In this document: positions 48,336 through 57,446 of the stretch, in pieces
How the letters are laid out: each line of letters starts with the position of its first letter
Position numbering within the stretch: position 1 is the stretch's first letter
IMG/VR virus record: IMGVR_UViG_3300035180_000343
Location: 1 to 64,000 of that record
Length of the DNA stretch: 64,000 nucleotides
Reading direction: 5' to 3' (one strand)
Origin: a virus
Program-made: the position numbers and the translations under genes
Notes under the pieces: model-generated
Database searches by the model: none
The model's input: only the letters and a program-made list of their open reading frames with translations
What the model was told of the DNA's origin: nothing

Positions 48336-50672
48336 ATGTCTATTATTTTAGAGCCTTTTACAGTATCGTCAACAAGAACTAGCATTCTCGGCTCAATTGC
48401 TAGAATTTCCTATACTCAGATTCCTTATATGCGATCGATTGTGATCAGAATATATGGATCTGGGTTCAAACCTAAAACAAAATTGCTTTGTTTTTTCGAC
48501 GACTTGTATGTGGGTCAGTTGGTTAGACCAGTAACAAGTGTTGCTGTCCCTCCGTCGAATTATCAACCAAATTCAACGCTTAATGAAAGACCGCTAGATA
48601 CCAGAAATCTTGTCTCGAGAATATATTCTGCAGAAGAGTTAGCAACTCGCTTTCCAGACTTACTTCTTAATATTCAAGGTTGGGTGAAGGATAAAGTATT
48701 TGCCGATGGGTCTGCTATTTTTAAATCTGAATTTGGACAATCTATTTCACAATTTCCATTTTTAATAAAAGGTACTACAAATTCTGGCACTGCAGTTGTG
48801 CCTGGAGCTCCAGTTTCCGGATCGACATCTGGAGAAACTGGAGCATTCGGCGACGATATTATAACCAATGATAACGGTGAATTTTTATTAGATTTTAATG
48901 TTCCTCCTTTAACATTCAGAACTGGTCGACGAAAATTTCAAGTTACAGATACGACCGATCCAACTGTTACTTCTCTTACTGGCGGGTCTGCTATTTTTAC
49001 CGCAGAGGGAACATTGAACACATATCAAACTACGTATACATATCGGACAATTACTGAAAATGTAACATTTGTAAATAATCCTGAATATACACAGGATACC
49101 ATGCCAGCTGCTCCGACTCTACCGCCAATGATATGGATCGACTCCCGAGTTGATCCAGTTGCACAAACATTCTTCTTAGAAGGCGATGCATTTGCCGGAG
49201 GCGGGTTTCTAACTTCGGTCGATCTTTATTTTGCAAAAAGAGATGATGCAGTTCCAGTTAGATTGGAGATAAGAAACGTTGTCAACGGATATCCAGGGTC
49301 TGATGTCTATTCAACCGTTGTTAAGAATGCAAAAGACATTTTAACGTCAAACGATTCATCTGTCGCAACTAATTTTAGGTTAGATGAACCAATCTTTCTT
49401 GAAGAAAATGGACAGTATTGTTTTGTCGTTATAACGATGTCCAAAAGATATCAAATCTGGGCATCCGAGTTCGGCGAGAAAGCAGTTGATAGTAACAAAA
49501 TTATCACTGAACAACCTAACCTTGGGTCATTGTTTAAATCACAAAACAACACAACATGGACTGCCGAACAAAAAGAAGATTTGAAATTTAGATTGAACTT
49601 CGCAAAGTTTGACATTTCCCAAGATAGAACAGTTAAATTCAACAACGCAATTGGAAGGCAGTTTCATTCTAATACTTCTGTGTTCAGTGCGTCGATGGTA
49701 AATGCTACAACCGTTCGAATTGATATGGTTATGGAAAACCATGGATTTGGAAATAACGGATCAACTGGCAAACTTCCAATAACAGTAAATCCAGAATTTG
49801 TCGATTCTAGAACTGGAATTACCGGATATATGTTGACTGGAACATTTGATGTCATATCTGTTATTAACGAATCAATAGGAGTCGATGATGTCTTGAGTTT
49901 CAATATCACTTATTCCATGCCAGCATCATTGGGATCTACTACTATAAGACTTGATAGCTCTGGGGAAGTATGGGCAGATGGCAATACGTTGATGGATCAA
50001 GTTATGTTTGACATCGGTTCCAGTAAACTTGATGGAACAACTATTCAGTCAAGTGCAAGATTTACGTCTGGTCAAAGCCCATGCTCAACTGTTCAAATTC
50101 CTTATTCGAAAGATATATCGTCGACAGCGTTCGACAATTTGAACTATATTATGTTCAAGCAAACGATGTTAATTGCCAATAAAACAAACGAATGGGCAAA
50201 AATGAATGGAGTTTCTTCAGTTGATGTTGATATAGTATTATCTTCATCTAACGAAAACGTTTCCCCATGGGTTAAGAATGAAATGGCATCGTTGTCCGCA
50301 ACTGGGCATCGAATAAATCGGGTTAATCCAAGCGCGTACCTGACGAATAAAGTAACTCTTGTTACTCCAGCGACTAGTCTAAGGTGTTTCTTGGGTGCAA
50401 GCAAACCACAAGGTTCCGAATTATTGTTGTTCTATCGAGTTTCTGATATAAGTGAAGAGTCCCATGAATCAAAACCATGGATTCAAACTTATGCGGCAGC
50501 AGATGCTACTTCGTCGACTCCAACAGATTTCAAAGAATTTGTTTATGACATTGAAACCGATTCACCATTCACGGTATTTGATTTTAAGATTGTTATGAGA
50601 GGAGAGGCTGATATAGGCAACTCCGCAATGTATCCAATTCTAAAAGACTTCCGCGCGGTTGCAACGGCATGA
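48336..50672 (+). CDS. VrlC/DUF4815-like protein, C-terminal part
   Basis: PYMRS, DPVAQTF, FLTSVDLYF, LGSLFKSQN.TTWT..Q.EDLKF and DFRAVATA. Promoter-like AATAAATA at 48302-48309. Confidence 0.8.
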   Translation: MSIILEPFTVSSTRTSILGSIARISYTQIPYMRSIVIRIYGSGFKPKTKLLCFFDDLYVGQLVRPVTSVAVPPSNYQPNSTLNERPLDTRNLVSRIYSAEELATRFPDLLLNIQGWVKDKVFADGSAIFKSEFGQSISQFPFLIKGTTNSGTAVVPGAPVSGSTSGETGAFGDDIITNDNGEFLLDFNVPPLTFRTGRRKFQVTDTTDPTVTSLTGGSAIFTAEGTLNTYQTTYTYRTITENVTFVNNPEYTQDTMPAAPTLPPMIWIDSRVDPVAQTFFLEGDAFAGGGFLTSVDLYFAKRDDAVPVRLEIRNVVNGYPGSDVYSTVVKNAKDILTSNDSSVATNFRLDEPIFLEENGQYCFVVITMSKRYQIWASEFGEKAVDSNKIITEQPNLGSLFKSQNNTTWTAEQKEDLKFRLNFAKFDISQDRTVKFNNAIGRQFHSNTSVFSASMVNATTVRIDMVMENHGFGNNGSTGKLPITVNPEFVDSRTGITGYMLTGTFDVISVINESIGVDDVLSFNITYSMPASLGSTTIRLDSSGEVWADGNTLMDQVMFDIGSSKLDGTTIQSSARFTSGQSPCSTVQIPYSKDISSTAFDNLNYIMFKQTMLIANKTNEWAKMNGVSSVDVDIVLSSSNENVSPWVKNEMASLSATGHRINRVNPSAYLTNKVTLVTPATSLRCFLGASKPQGSELLLFYRVSDISEESHESKPWIQTYAAADATSSTPTDFKEFVYDIETDSPFTVFDFKIVMRGEADIGNSAMYPILKDFRAVATA

Positions 50673-50905
50673 GTTTAATAAAAGTAAAAGACGAAGAAAG
50701 TCTCGTTCGGGACTCTTCTTCGAATGCTTTAATAAATACTAATCTAAACGATTATCAGAATTTTGTTAAACAAAGAGAAATGGCAAGAATTCATAGAGCA
50801 ACCTTGGAAGAAACTCAATTGGATCTCATGAAATTAAAAGGTACCATTTCCGAGTTAGACAAAAAAATGAACATGATAATTCAGATGTTGACTACAAAGG
50901 ATTGA
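50669..50905 (+). CDS. Conserved small hypothetical protein
   Basis: LVRDSSSNALINTN motif, ATGA-coupled. Confidence 0.7.
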   Translation: MSLIKVKDEESLVRDSSSNALINTNLNDYQNFVKQREMARIHRATLEETQLDLMKLKGTISELDKKMNMIIQMLTTKD

Positions 50906-50912
50906 TTGTAAG

Positions 50913-51359
50913 ATGGCTAAACCAAATATCACCCGTTTTTCGTCGTTCAAGACGTGGCTTGCGAATTTCAATCTTTTAGTAGATTCCGTCGGCGATCTTT
51001 CGACGCTGAACACAAATGCAAAGACTTCGGTTGTTAGTGCAGTGAACGAAGTTGCTTCTAATAGAGTTGCATCTCTTGTTAATGTGACATCTGCTACTTA
51101 TTCAGTTCTTACAACAGATTCTTACTTGACAATAAATTATGCTGGATCCGTTACATTGACATTACCGTCTGCGGCGACTTATCCAAATAGAATTCTTAAT
51201 GTTAGAACAATTACGGCAAATGCGGTCAATTCTGCAAACGCGAACGTAGTTCCAATTACTGGTGGGTCTCCGTCGACTTCGATATTGCCAGCAACCTCTG
51301 GAAAATGGGCACAGCTCATCTCGGATAGTTCAGCTTGGCAAATAGTTTCACAAGGATAA
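50913..51359 (+). CDS. Virion fibre/whisker-like protein with a TLP domain
   Basis: SFKTW..N N-terminus, SAVNEV, and TLTLP..KW..W. Confidence 0.65.
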   Translation: MAKPNITRFSSFKTWLANFNLLVDSVGDLSTLNTNAKTSVVSAVNEVASNRVASLVNVTSATYSVLTTDSYLTINYAGSVTLTLPSAATYPNRILNVRTITANAVNSANANVVPITGGSPSTSILPATSGKWAQLISDSSAWQIVSQG

Positions 51360-51366
51360 CATTTAG

Positions 51367-51975
51367 ATGGCAATAACTCTTCGACAAGCAAAAGGATCTC
51401 CTCTAACAATTGAGGAGATGGATGCTAACTTTTCTTACATTCAGTCTGAAATTGATGCTTTGGTTTCAAGTGGAGTTCCAAATGCGTCGGCAATTCCGGT
51501 TTCTCCTGTTGGTGGAGTGTCATCTACCAATGTCCAGAGCGCAATTGCCGAATTAGACGCCGAAAAAGCAACTCTTGCTCAGGCAGATATTGCTTCCAAT
51601 GTTCATGGGGCTACGTCAAAGACCACTCCAGTTGATGCAGACGAACTAGCAATTTCAGATAGCGCGTCTAGTTGGACATTGAAGAAACTTACGTGGGCGA
51701 ACCTGAAGGCAACATTGTCTTCATACTTTGTAAATATTTTTGCAAATATTTCTGGATCCGCATCCCAATCATTCTCGATGTCAACTGCGGTACCAGATAC
51801 GAACACTACCCAAGGTGCAACGACTGCGTTTGTGATTGGTCAAGCTGGAACGACGACTCCGGTAACTGTTGGCACTGCTGCTATTGGGTCATCGTTGAGA
51901 TATGCAAGGGCCGATCATAGCCATTCTGGTATAAATAATGGATATGCGGATATCGCTTTTTGGATGGGAATGTAA
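51367..51975 (+). CDS. Tail fibre-like protein
   Basis: MAITLRQAKGSPLT..EMDANF, shared with the gene at 43658, plus TNVQSAIAEL and ARADHSH. Confidence 0.7.
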   Translation: MAITLRQAKGSPLTIEEMDANFSYIQSEIDALVSSGVPNASAIPVSPVGGVSSTNVQSAIAELDAEKATLAQADIASNVHGATSKTTPVDADELAISDSASSWTLKKLTWANLKATLSSYFVNIFANISGSASQSFSMSTAVPDTNTTQGATTAFVIGQAGTTTPVTVGTAAIGSSLRYARADHSHSGINNGYADIAFWMGM

Positions 51976-51978
51976 AGA

Positions 51979-52305
51979 ATGTCTACACTGACAGCAAAAC
52001 AACTTTCACAGACTGCACTGAGTACGACTTTAACAACCGTATTATATACAGTTCCAGCATCTACTTCAACAATAGTAAAAGAAATCGTTCTTTGTAACAC
52101 TGACTCTGTTAGCAGAACTGTTACGCTTCGTGCTGGAAATGGAACTACAGTCGCTCAAACTATTTTAGCAGCAAAATCATTGGTTGCTGGAGAAACATTT
52201 ATACTATCTCTATCAACTGTTTTATCAGCTGCCAATATAATCAGTGGTGGGGCAAGTGTTGGGGCGATGGTTTCTTGTACTATTTCTGGAGTGGAGATAG
52301 TCTAA
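51979..52305 (+). CDS. Small beta-sandwich virion protein
   Basis: LYTVPASTSTIVKEIVLCN motif. Confidence 0.65.
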   Translation: MSTLTAKQLSQTALSTTLTTVLYTVPASTSTIVKEIVLCNTDSVSRTVTLRAGNGTTVAQTILAAKSLVAGETFILSLSTVLSAANIISGGASVGAMVSCTISGVEIV

Positions 52306-52613
52306 TGAGTGGAATGTTCTCGACTAGCCCAATAGGAAGTTGGTTGCGAGTAACTGCAAACTATACCGCAGTATCTGGCAACCGCATATCAGCCGACACA
52401 ACAGGTGGAGCGTTTACTATTACTCTTCCAGCTGGTCCATCAATGAACAATTATGTTGAGATTTCAGATGGCGGTGGTGCTTTTCAAGCTAACAACCTGA
52501 CAATTAGTCGGAACGGAAGCACCATCATGGGCCTTTCAGAAGACATGACGCTATCCACTAACAATGTCGGCGTTGGCCTTGTTTACAATGGAACTACCTG
52601 GAGAATCTACTAA
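52305..52613 (+). CDS. Stand-alone TLP adaptor domain protein
   Basis: ADTTGGAFTITLP..NLTISRNGSTIMGLSEDMTLSTNN, close to the C-terminus of the 43658 gene. Confidence 0.75.
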   Translation: MSGMFSTSPIGSWLRVTANYTAVSGNRISADTTGGAFTITLPAGPSMNNYVEISDGGGAFQANNLTISRNGSTIMGLSEDMTLSTNNVGVGLVYNGTTWRIY

Positions 52614-53581
52614 TGAGTAACCTGAAGCAATTTCTTAACCCTGGTTTCGGCCGTAAGCAAGTTATGTATGTAACGACTAGCCAGACAATCACTGCGCAAA
52701 TTTCTGGAATGTATCGTATTACAGCGATTGGCGCAGGTGGGAGTGGCGCAGCGAAGTCGTCGTCCTCTTCATGTAATGCTTCCGGCGGTGGCGCTGGCGG
52801 TACGTGTATTAAAGAAATGTATATCGCGGCGGGAACATCCATTGTTTGCACGATTGGGGCTGGCGGTGCGGCTGTTGCTCCAATTGCTGGCGGTGCGGCA
52901 AATGGTAATGTAGGGGGAAATACAACAGTTGTTATTGGTTCTACGACCCTGACAGCCAATGGCGGTGGGGGCGGATTGCAATCTGGTGGAACTGCTTCGG
53001 GTGCGTCTGGTGGAACTGCTTCTGGTGGGGACGTAAACCTGACAGGTGGGGGTAGCGGTGTAGCCAACGCAGGAACTCTTGGTGGCGCAACAGGTGGTGG
53101 GGCCATAAACGTTGGTTTTGGAGCCTTTGCCAGTGGAAGTGTTGGAATTGGTGGATATGTTAGTGGCGGAGCAAGCCCATTCGCAGCTTCAATATCCGCT
53201 GATGGTGCCACCACTGGCGCTGGTGGAGCCGGTGCTGGTGGACCCAATAATGGCGCTACTGGTGGACCGAATGTACTTGGCAAAACAGACGGCTCCTATC
53301 CTATAACATTAGCTTATAGTGTAATTCCTATATTCGGTGGTGGTGGCAGCGGCGACGGCACCATCGTCGCCGGTGATGGTGGTGGCGGCGGCACCACCGT
53401 CACCATCGGTGCCGCCAATGGTGGATTTGGCGCTGGCGGAGGAGCTATTAATACCTCCGTCAGCAATCCCGCCGGCAATGGCGGCAGAGGGGCTGGCGGA
53501 GGCGGCGCCGTCAATACTGGTGCTAACGCTATAACCTCTGGTGCTGGCGGTAACGGCATAGTAATTTTGGAGATCTTTTGA
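52613..53581 (+). CDS. Glycine-rich adhesin / fibre tip protein
   Basis: GAGGSG/GGGAGG polyglycine blocks ending in GNGIVILE. Confidence 0.75.
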   Translation: MSNLKQFLNPGFGRKQVMYVTTSQTITAQISGMYRITAIGAGGSGAAKSSSSSCNASGGGAGGTCIKEMYIAAGTSIVCTIGAGGAAVAPIAGGAANGNVGGNTTVVIGSTTLTANGGGGGLQSGGTASGASGGTASGGDVNLTGGGSGVANAGTLGGATGGGAINVGFGAFASGSVGIGGYVSGGASPFAASISADGATTGAGGAGAGGPNNGATGGPNVLGKTDGSYPITLAYSVIPIFGGGGSGDGTIVAGDGGGGGTTVTIGAANGGFGAGGGAINTSVSNPAGNGGRGAGGGGAVNTGANAITSGAGGNGIVILEIF

Positions 53582-53934
53582 TGAGATACGAAATCCTTGA
53601 TGCAGTAGACGGTAATGTGGTCAATACAATTGAGGCCAGCGAAGATTTTTGTGCCGAGCACTATCCATTTTATAGACTGGTCAAAGAACCAATCGTGACT
53701 ACTCCCAGTGTTCGCACACTAACCAAACTTGAGTACATGAGCCGCTTTACAGATGCGGAACTCGCTGCAATTTATACGGCAGCCAAATCGAGTGTTCAGG
53801 TTGAAGTTTGGCTAGACAAGTTCAAACTCGCAGAGGAAATAAACCTCGATGACCCGTCAACAATCGCTGGAGTGAAGGCATTGGAAGCTGCTAAATTGCT
53901 TGCCACAGGGCGTTCGACAGAAATCTTGGCTTAA
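53581..53934 (+). CDS. Tail fibre assembly-like protein
   Basis: Follows the Gly-rich gene, with RFTDAELAAI..INLDDP motif. Confidence 0.6.
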   Translation: MRYEILDAVDGNVVNTIEASEDFCAEHYPFYRLVKEPIVTTPSVRTLTKLEYMSRFTDAELAAIYTAAKSSVQVEVWLDKFKLAEEINLDDPSTIAGVKALEAAKLLATGRSTEILA

Positions 53935-53987
53935 GAAATGACAACCACTAGAAGTAGGATCGCCACTGATCGTTCAGCGTAAATAAG

Positions 53988-54275
53988 ATGGAAAAGATTA
54001 AGTTATTCTGGAAAATATTAAATGAATCCCTCGAGGGATTCTGGGTCATTCTTGATCGTGGAATGGTCGTTCGTCGTGCTTCGTATGTCGTTATGCTCTA
54101 TATGACCACCTACTTCATAAACTGGTCATTGCATTTCGCTGAGACTAGCACAAGAACAGGAACAGATATTGCTGCTATCATCGCCGCAATTGGTGTACCG
54201 TTGTCTGCTTTACAAGGAGTCGTTATGAAAATCTATAGCGACTCGAGAACTCCCACCAACACGCAACAACAATAG
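53988..54275 (+). CDS. Membrane protein, candidate holin
   Basis: Two hydrophobic segments in 95 aa. Confidence 0.5.
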   Translation: MEKIKLFWKILNESLEGFWVILDRGMVVRRASYVVMLYMTTYFINWSLHFAETSTRTGTDIAAIIAAIGVPLSALQGVVMKIYSDSRTPTNTQQQ

Positions 54276-54287
54276 TGTTAATTAATT

Positions 54288-54758
54288 TTGGAAAACTTAG
54301 CCGTGGTTGAACTTAACAAAAGACGAGCAACTGACAATATTGCTGAAAATCAATCGAAGATTTTAGATTTAATAGAGCAAGAGAACGACCCTAAAGATCG
54401 TGCATTCTTAATTGTTCTCCAACAAATAAATGCGTCTCTTATTGCGAACACGACGACGATCAATGATATTGCAGAAAAACTCGACACTCACTTGACTAAA
54501 TATGAATCTCATACTAGACGAGAGCAAGAGCTAATTGATACTGGGAAGGGGATGTGGAGAGTTGGCGCATGGATTCTTGGAATCGTACAAACGATTGCAA
54601 TTGCCGCAATCGGGTTTGTCTTTAATAACATTGAAGAGTTGAAGAAAACAGAATCAATGATTATTTCGAGAATTTCTGTCATTGAGGATCAACAAAGCAA
54701 ACGATGGTCTCTTCAGCAAAACCCACAACAAACTCCACAACAAAACCAATCTCAATGA
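54288..54758 (+). CDS. Hypothetical coiled-coil protein with one TM segment
   Basis: TTG start, KRRATD motif, and TM WILGIVQTIAIAAIGFV. Confidence 0.6.
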   Translation: MENLAVVELNKRRATDNIAENQSKILDLIEQENDPKDRAFLIVLQQINASLIANTTTINDIAEKLDTHLTKYESHTRREQELIDTGKGMWRVGAWILGIVQTIAIAAIGFVFNNIEELKKTESMIISRISVIEDQQSKRWSLQQNPQQTPQQNQSQ

Positions 54759-54847
54759 TTCGTTGTCCGATTTGTGGACAATTGTATCAGAAGATCTACA
54801 GTTGGCAAGAAATTTGTATTAAGTGTAAAGTGAGTAATGGCAGCTAA
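54755..54847 (+). CDS. 30-aa zinc-finger microprotein (MIRCPICGQLYQKIYSWQEICIKCKVSNGS)
   Basis: Hand-translated. ATGA overlap upstream and overlap with the gp17 start. CxxC-x13-CxxC. Confidence 0.65.
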   Translation: MIRCPICGQLYQKIYSWQEICIKCKVSNGS

Positions 54848-55235
54848 TCTACCCGCCCCACAAAAAAAGACCTATCTTGGCACGAATCTAAAAGCGGCTG
54901 GAGTCGCAATCAACTATGAACCTTGGATGATTGACGAAATCACCAAGTGCATGGATGACCCAATTTATTTCGTCAAGACTTATGTTAAAATAGTAACCCT
55001 AGATAATGGACTTCAACCGTTCCTCTTATATCCATTTCAAGAAGATCTGATAAAACTGTTCCACGAGAATCGTTTCGTTTGTGCAAAGACTGGCAGGCAG
55101 AATGGAAAGTGTTGTTCTGAAAATACTATTGTGAAGATTAAAAACAAAACTTCTGGCGAAATAGTCGAACTCACAATGGGAGAATTGTATGCGTGGCAAA
55201 AGTTTAGGCAATCGGTCAATGCTTCAACTTTCTGA
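54837..55235 (+). CDS. gp17: Terminase large subunit N-fragment plus 41-aa N-intein
   Basis: YLGTNLK, DPIYFVKTYVKIVTLD and RQNGK, then CCSENT from nt 55110. Confidence 0.9.
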   Translation: MAANLPAPQKKTYLGTNLKAAGVAINYEPWMIDEITKCMDDPIYFVKTYVKIVTLDNGLQPFLLYPFQEDLIKLFHENRFVCAKTGRQNGKCCSENTIVKIKNKTSGEIVELTMGELYAWQKFRQSVNASTF

Positions 55236-56964
55236 CATAGTAGAACGAAAGTTCGTCGATTCAATCGAAATATCTGACTGGGAAATTGAAACCGAGTCTG
55301 GTTGGGTTGATATCACGCATATTAACAAAACTATTGAATATGATGTATATAAATTAAATACGTTGAATTGTTCGATTGAATGTGCAGATACTCATATTGT
55401 TTTTAGAGACGACCATTCGGAAGTTTTTGTCAAAGATTTGATTCCTGGTGATGTTATTATTGGACAATATGGCAAAGAAATAGTTATAGGGGTAACCAAA
55501 ACCGACAGGAAAGAACATATGTATGATCTTTCCGTTAGTGGCAATCATACATTCTTTGCGGAAGGATTGCTCCATCATAATACTCAAACAACTGTAGCAT
55601 TTCTTCTCTGGTTCACTCTTTTTAATGAAGACAAGACGTGTGCAATTCTAGCGAACAAAGCCTCAACTGCTAGACAGATTTTAGCGAGATATAAGTTATC
55701 GTTCGAATATCTTCCAGACTGGTTGCAGCAAGGTGTTGTGGAATGGAACAAGGGTTCTGTTGAGCTTGGGAATGGATGTAGAATAATGGCTTCATCTACG
55801 AGTTCAAGCGCAATTCGTGGTGAATCAATTTCGTTCTTGATGTTGGATGAGTTTGCGTTCGTTCCAACAAACATCGCCGAAGACTTCATGGAGTCGGTAT
55901 ATCCAACGATTTCTTCTGGTGTTTCATCAAGAATCATCATCACCTCAACTCCAAACAAGATGAACCACTTTTATAAACTCTACATGGATGCGAAAGAAGG
56001 AAGATCGGATTATGTCCATTATGAGGCAACATGGAGAGCAGTTCCATGGAGAGATGAAGAGTGGATGCGACAGACGATCGCTAATATTGGTGAAGCATCG
56101 TTCCTTCAGGAGTTCGAAGGAAACTTCATGGGTGGCACGGATACCCTGATTGCTCCAGCAGTATTGGCTACGCTAACATATCAAACTCCACTTGTAGTTT
56201 CTGATATTGGTTTAACTGTTTATGAAAAACCAATTGATGGTCACACATACTTCATGACTGTCGATACGTCGAGAGGAACTGGGAATGACTATACTGCAGC
56301 AAACGTTATTGACATCTCTTCGTTTCCATACAAACAAGTAGCTTTGTTCAGAAACAATTCGCTCAACCAATATGTTCTTCCAGAACCGTTGATTGAAATT
56401 GCGAAACAGTATAATGATGCATATATGATTCTAGAGTTGAATGATGCTGGAGAAGGTGTAGCAAATTCAATCTTCTTTGATTTTGAATATGAAAACCTGT
56501 TATGGATTGGAAAGAAGAATGGCAAGTTTTCTCTTGGATCTTCACATAGTGCTTTGCCTGGTATAAGAACAACGGTTTCAACTAAGAGATCATTTTGTGC
56601 CGATTTTAAAGCGATGGTCGAATCTGGTAAACTTATAATTAACGACTTCGAAACAATTAAAGAAATGTCGACGTTCGTTCGTAAAGGCATAACTGGAAAC
56701 AGAATTGAAGCTGAAGACGGAATGCACGATGACATCGTGATGAGTCTTGCTATCTTTGCGTGGGTAGCAACTCAAGATTTTTTCAAAGAACTGTTCGATT
56801 CTAACTTGATGAAAAACATTAGAGACGAACAACGATCCTTAGTTGAAGAAGAACTCGCCCCAATTGGGTTCTTTTCTCACATCGACCCAGAAGAAGAACT
56901 GGTTGGGTTTGAACGTGCAGACACAATCAAACCCGAAGAGCTCAAAACTTGGGATCAAGTTTAG
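55219..56964 (+). CDS. gp17: 121-aa C-intein plus terminase large subunit C-fragment
   Basis: IECADTH, MYDLSV and HHN|T (ends nt 55581), then LDEFAF, SSTPN, TVDTSRG and HDDIVMSL. Confidence 0.92.
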   Translation: MLQLSDIVERKFVDSIEISDWEIETESGWVDITHINKTIEYDVYKLNTLNCSIECADTHIVFRDDHSEVFVKDLIPGDVIIGQYGKEIVIGVTKTDRKEHMYDLSVSGNHTFFAEGLLHHNTQTTVAFLLWFTLFNEDKTCAILANKASTARQILARYKLSFEYLPDWLQQGVVEWNKGSVELGNGCRIMASSTSSSAIRGESISFLMLDEFAFVPTNIAEDFMESVYPTISSGVSSRIIITSTPNKMNHFYKLYMDAKEGRSDYVHYEATWRAVPWRDEEWMRQTIANIGEASFLQEFEGNFMGGTDTLIAPAVLATLTYQTPLVVSDIGLTVYEKPIDGHTYFMTVDTSRGTGNDYTAANVIDISSFPYKQVALFRNNSLNQYVLPEPLIEIAKQYNDAYMILELNDAGEGVANSIFFDFEYENLLWIGKKNGKFSLGSSHSALPGIRTTVSTKRSFCADFKAMVESGKLIINDFETIKEMSTFVRKGITGNRIEAEDGMHDDIVMSLAIFAWVATQDFFKELFDSNLMKNIRDEQRSLVEEELAPIGFFSHIDPEEELVGFERADTIKPEELKTWDQV

Positions 56965-57037
56965 AATTCTTTTTGATCTTCGATCTCCCGCACGTTCTCC
57001 AAAAAAGTATCTTCGCCAGTATCTCACTCCACTTCTT

Positions 57038-57241
57038 TCATTTCATCATCTCTGCAGTATATTCAACAAGTTCAGCAATTTCAACAAGTTCAACAAGTTT
57101 GTGTGCCATTTCGATTGCCCATTCTGGACTACAATAACCATTCTCGTCTGTTTTTCCTCGTGTTTCTAGTTCTCGAGTTAAATCTTCGAAGAATTGTTCT
57201 ACTCGAAAGTAGGTATAACCAAAACTTCCACCGCTCATCAT
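57038..57241 (-). CDS. Early hypothetical protein
   Basis: GGAGG RBS and MSGGSFGY motif. Confidence 0.75.
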   Translation of the reverse strand: MMSGGSFGYTYFRVEQFFEDLTRELETRGKTDENGYCSPEWAIEMAHKLVELVEIAELVEYTAEMMK

Positions 57242-57271
57242 AACCTCCAATTGTTAGTTGACTTAAGTTAG

Positions 57272-57300
57272 ATTATATAGCAAGACAGAAAGAATGTCAA
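57272..57300 (-). promoter_or_regulatory. Perfect-consensus sigma70 promoter
   Basis: TTGACA-17 bp-TATAAT. Confidence 0.9.
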
Positions 57301-57410
57301 GTCTTTTTGTGGTTGATTTAAAATCTTTGTCGACGCAAGAATAAATAACCATGCGACACGATGAGTTTTGACAGGTTTTTTTAGTATTTTGACATGTCTG
57401 ACTATTAGGA

Positions 57411-57446
57411 AACAGAAAAAGACGTCATTTAAACGTCTTTTCTGTT
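57411..57446. promoter_or_regulatory. Long hairpin adjoining element copy 2
   Basis: AACAGAAAAAGACGT ... ACGTCTTTTCTGTT, about 14 bp with one bulge. Confidence 0.7.

Noticed and set aside
52594-53661. Pro-rich minus-strand ORFs
   Set aside because: Antisense shadows of the Gly-rich adhesin.
55189-55218. ORF-track start for the gp17 C-part
   Set aside because: ATG 55219 fits a typical IntC start and overlap coupling better.
20046-57446. Inversion between the 65-bp elements as the cause of the odd gene order
   Set aside because: Flipping the segment does not restore gp17-gp18 adjacency.
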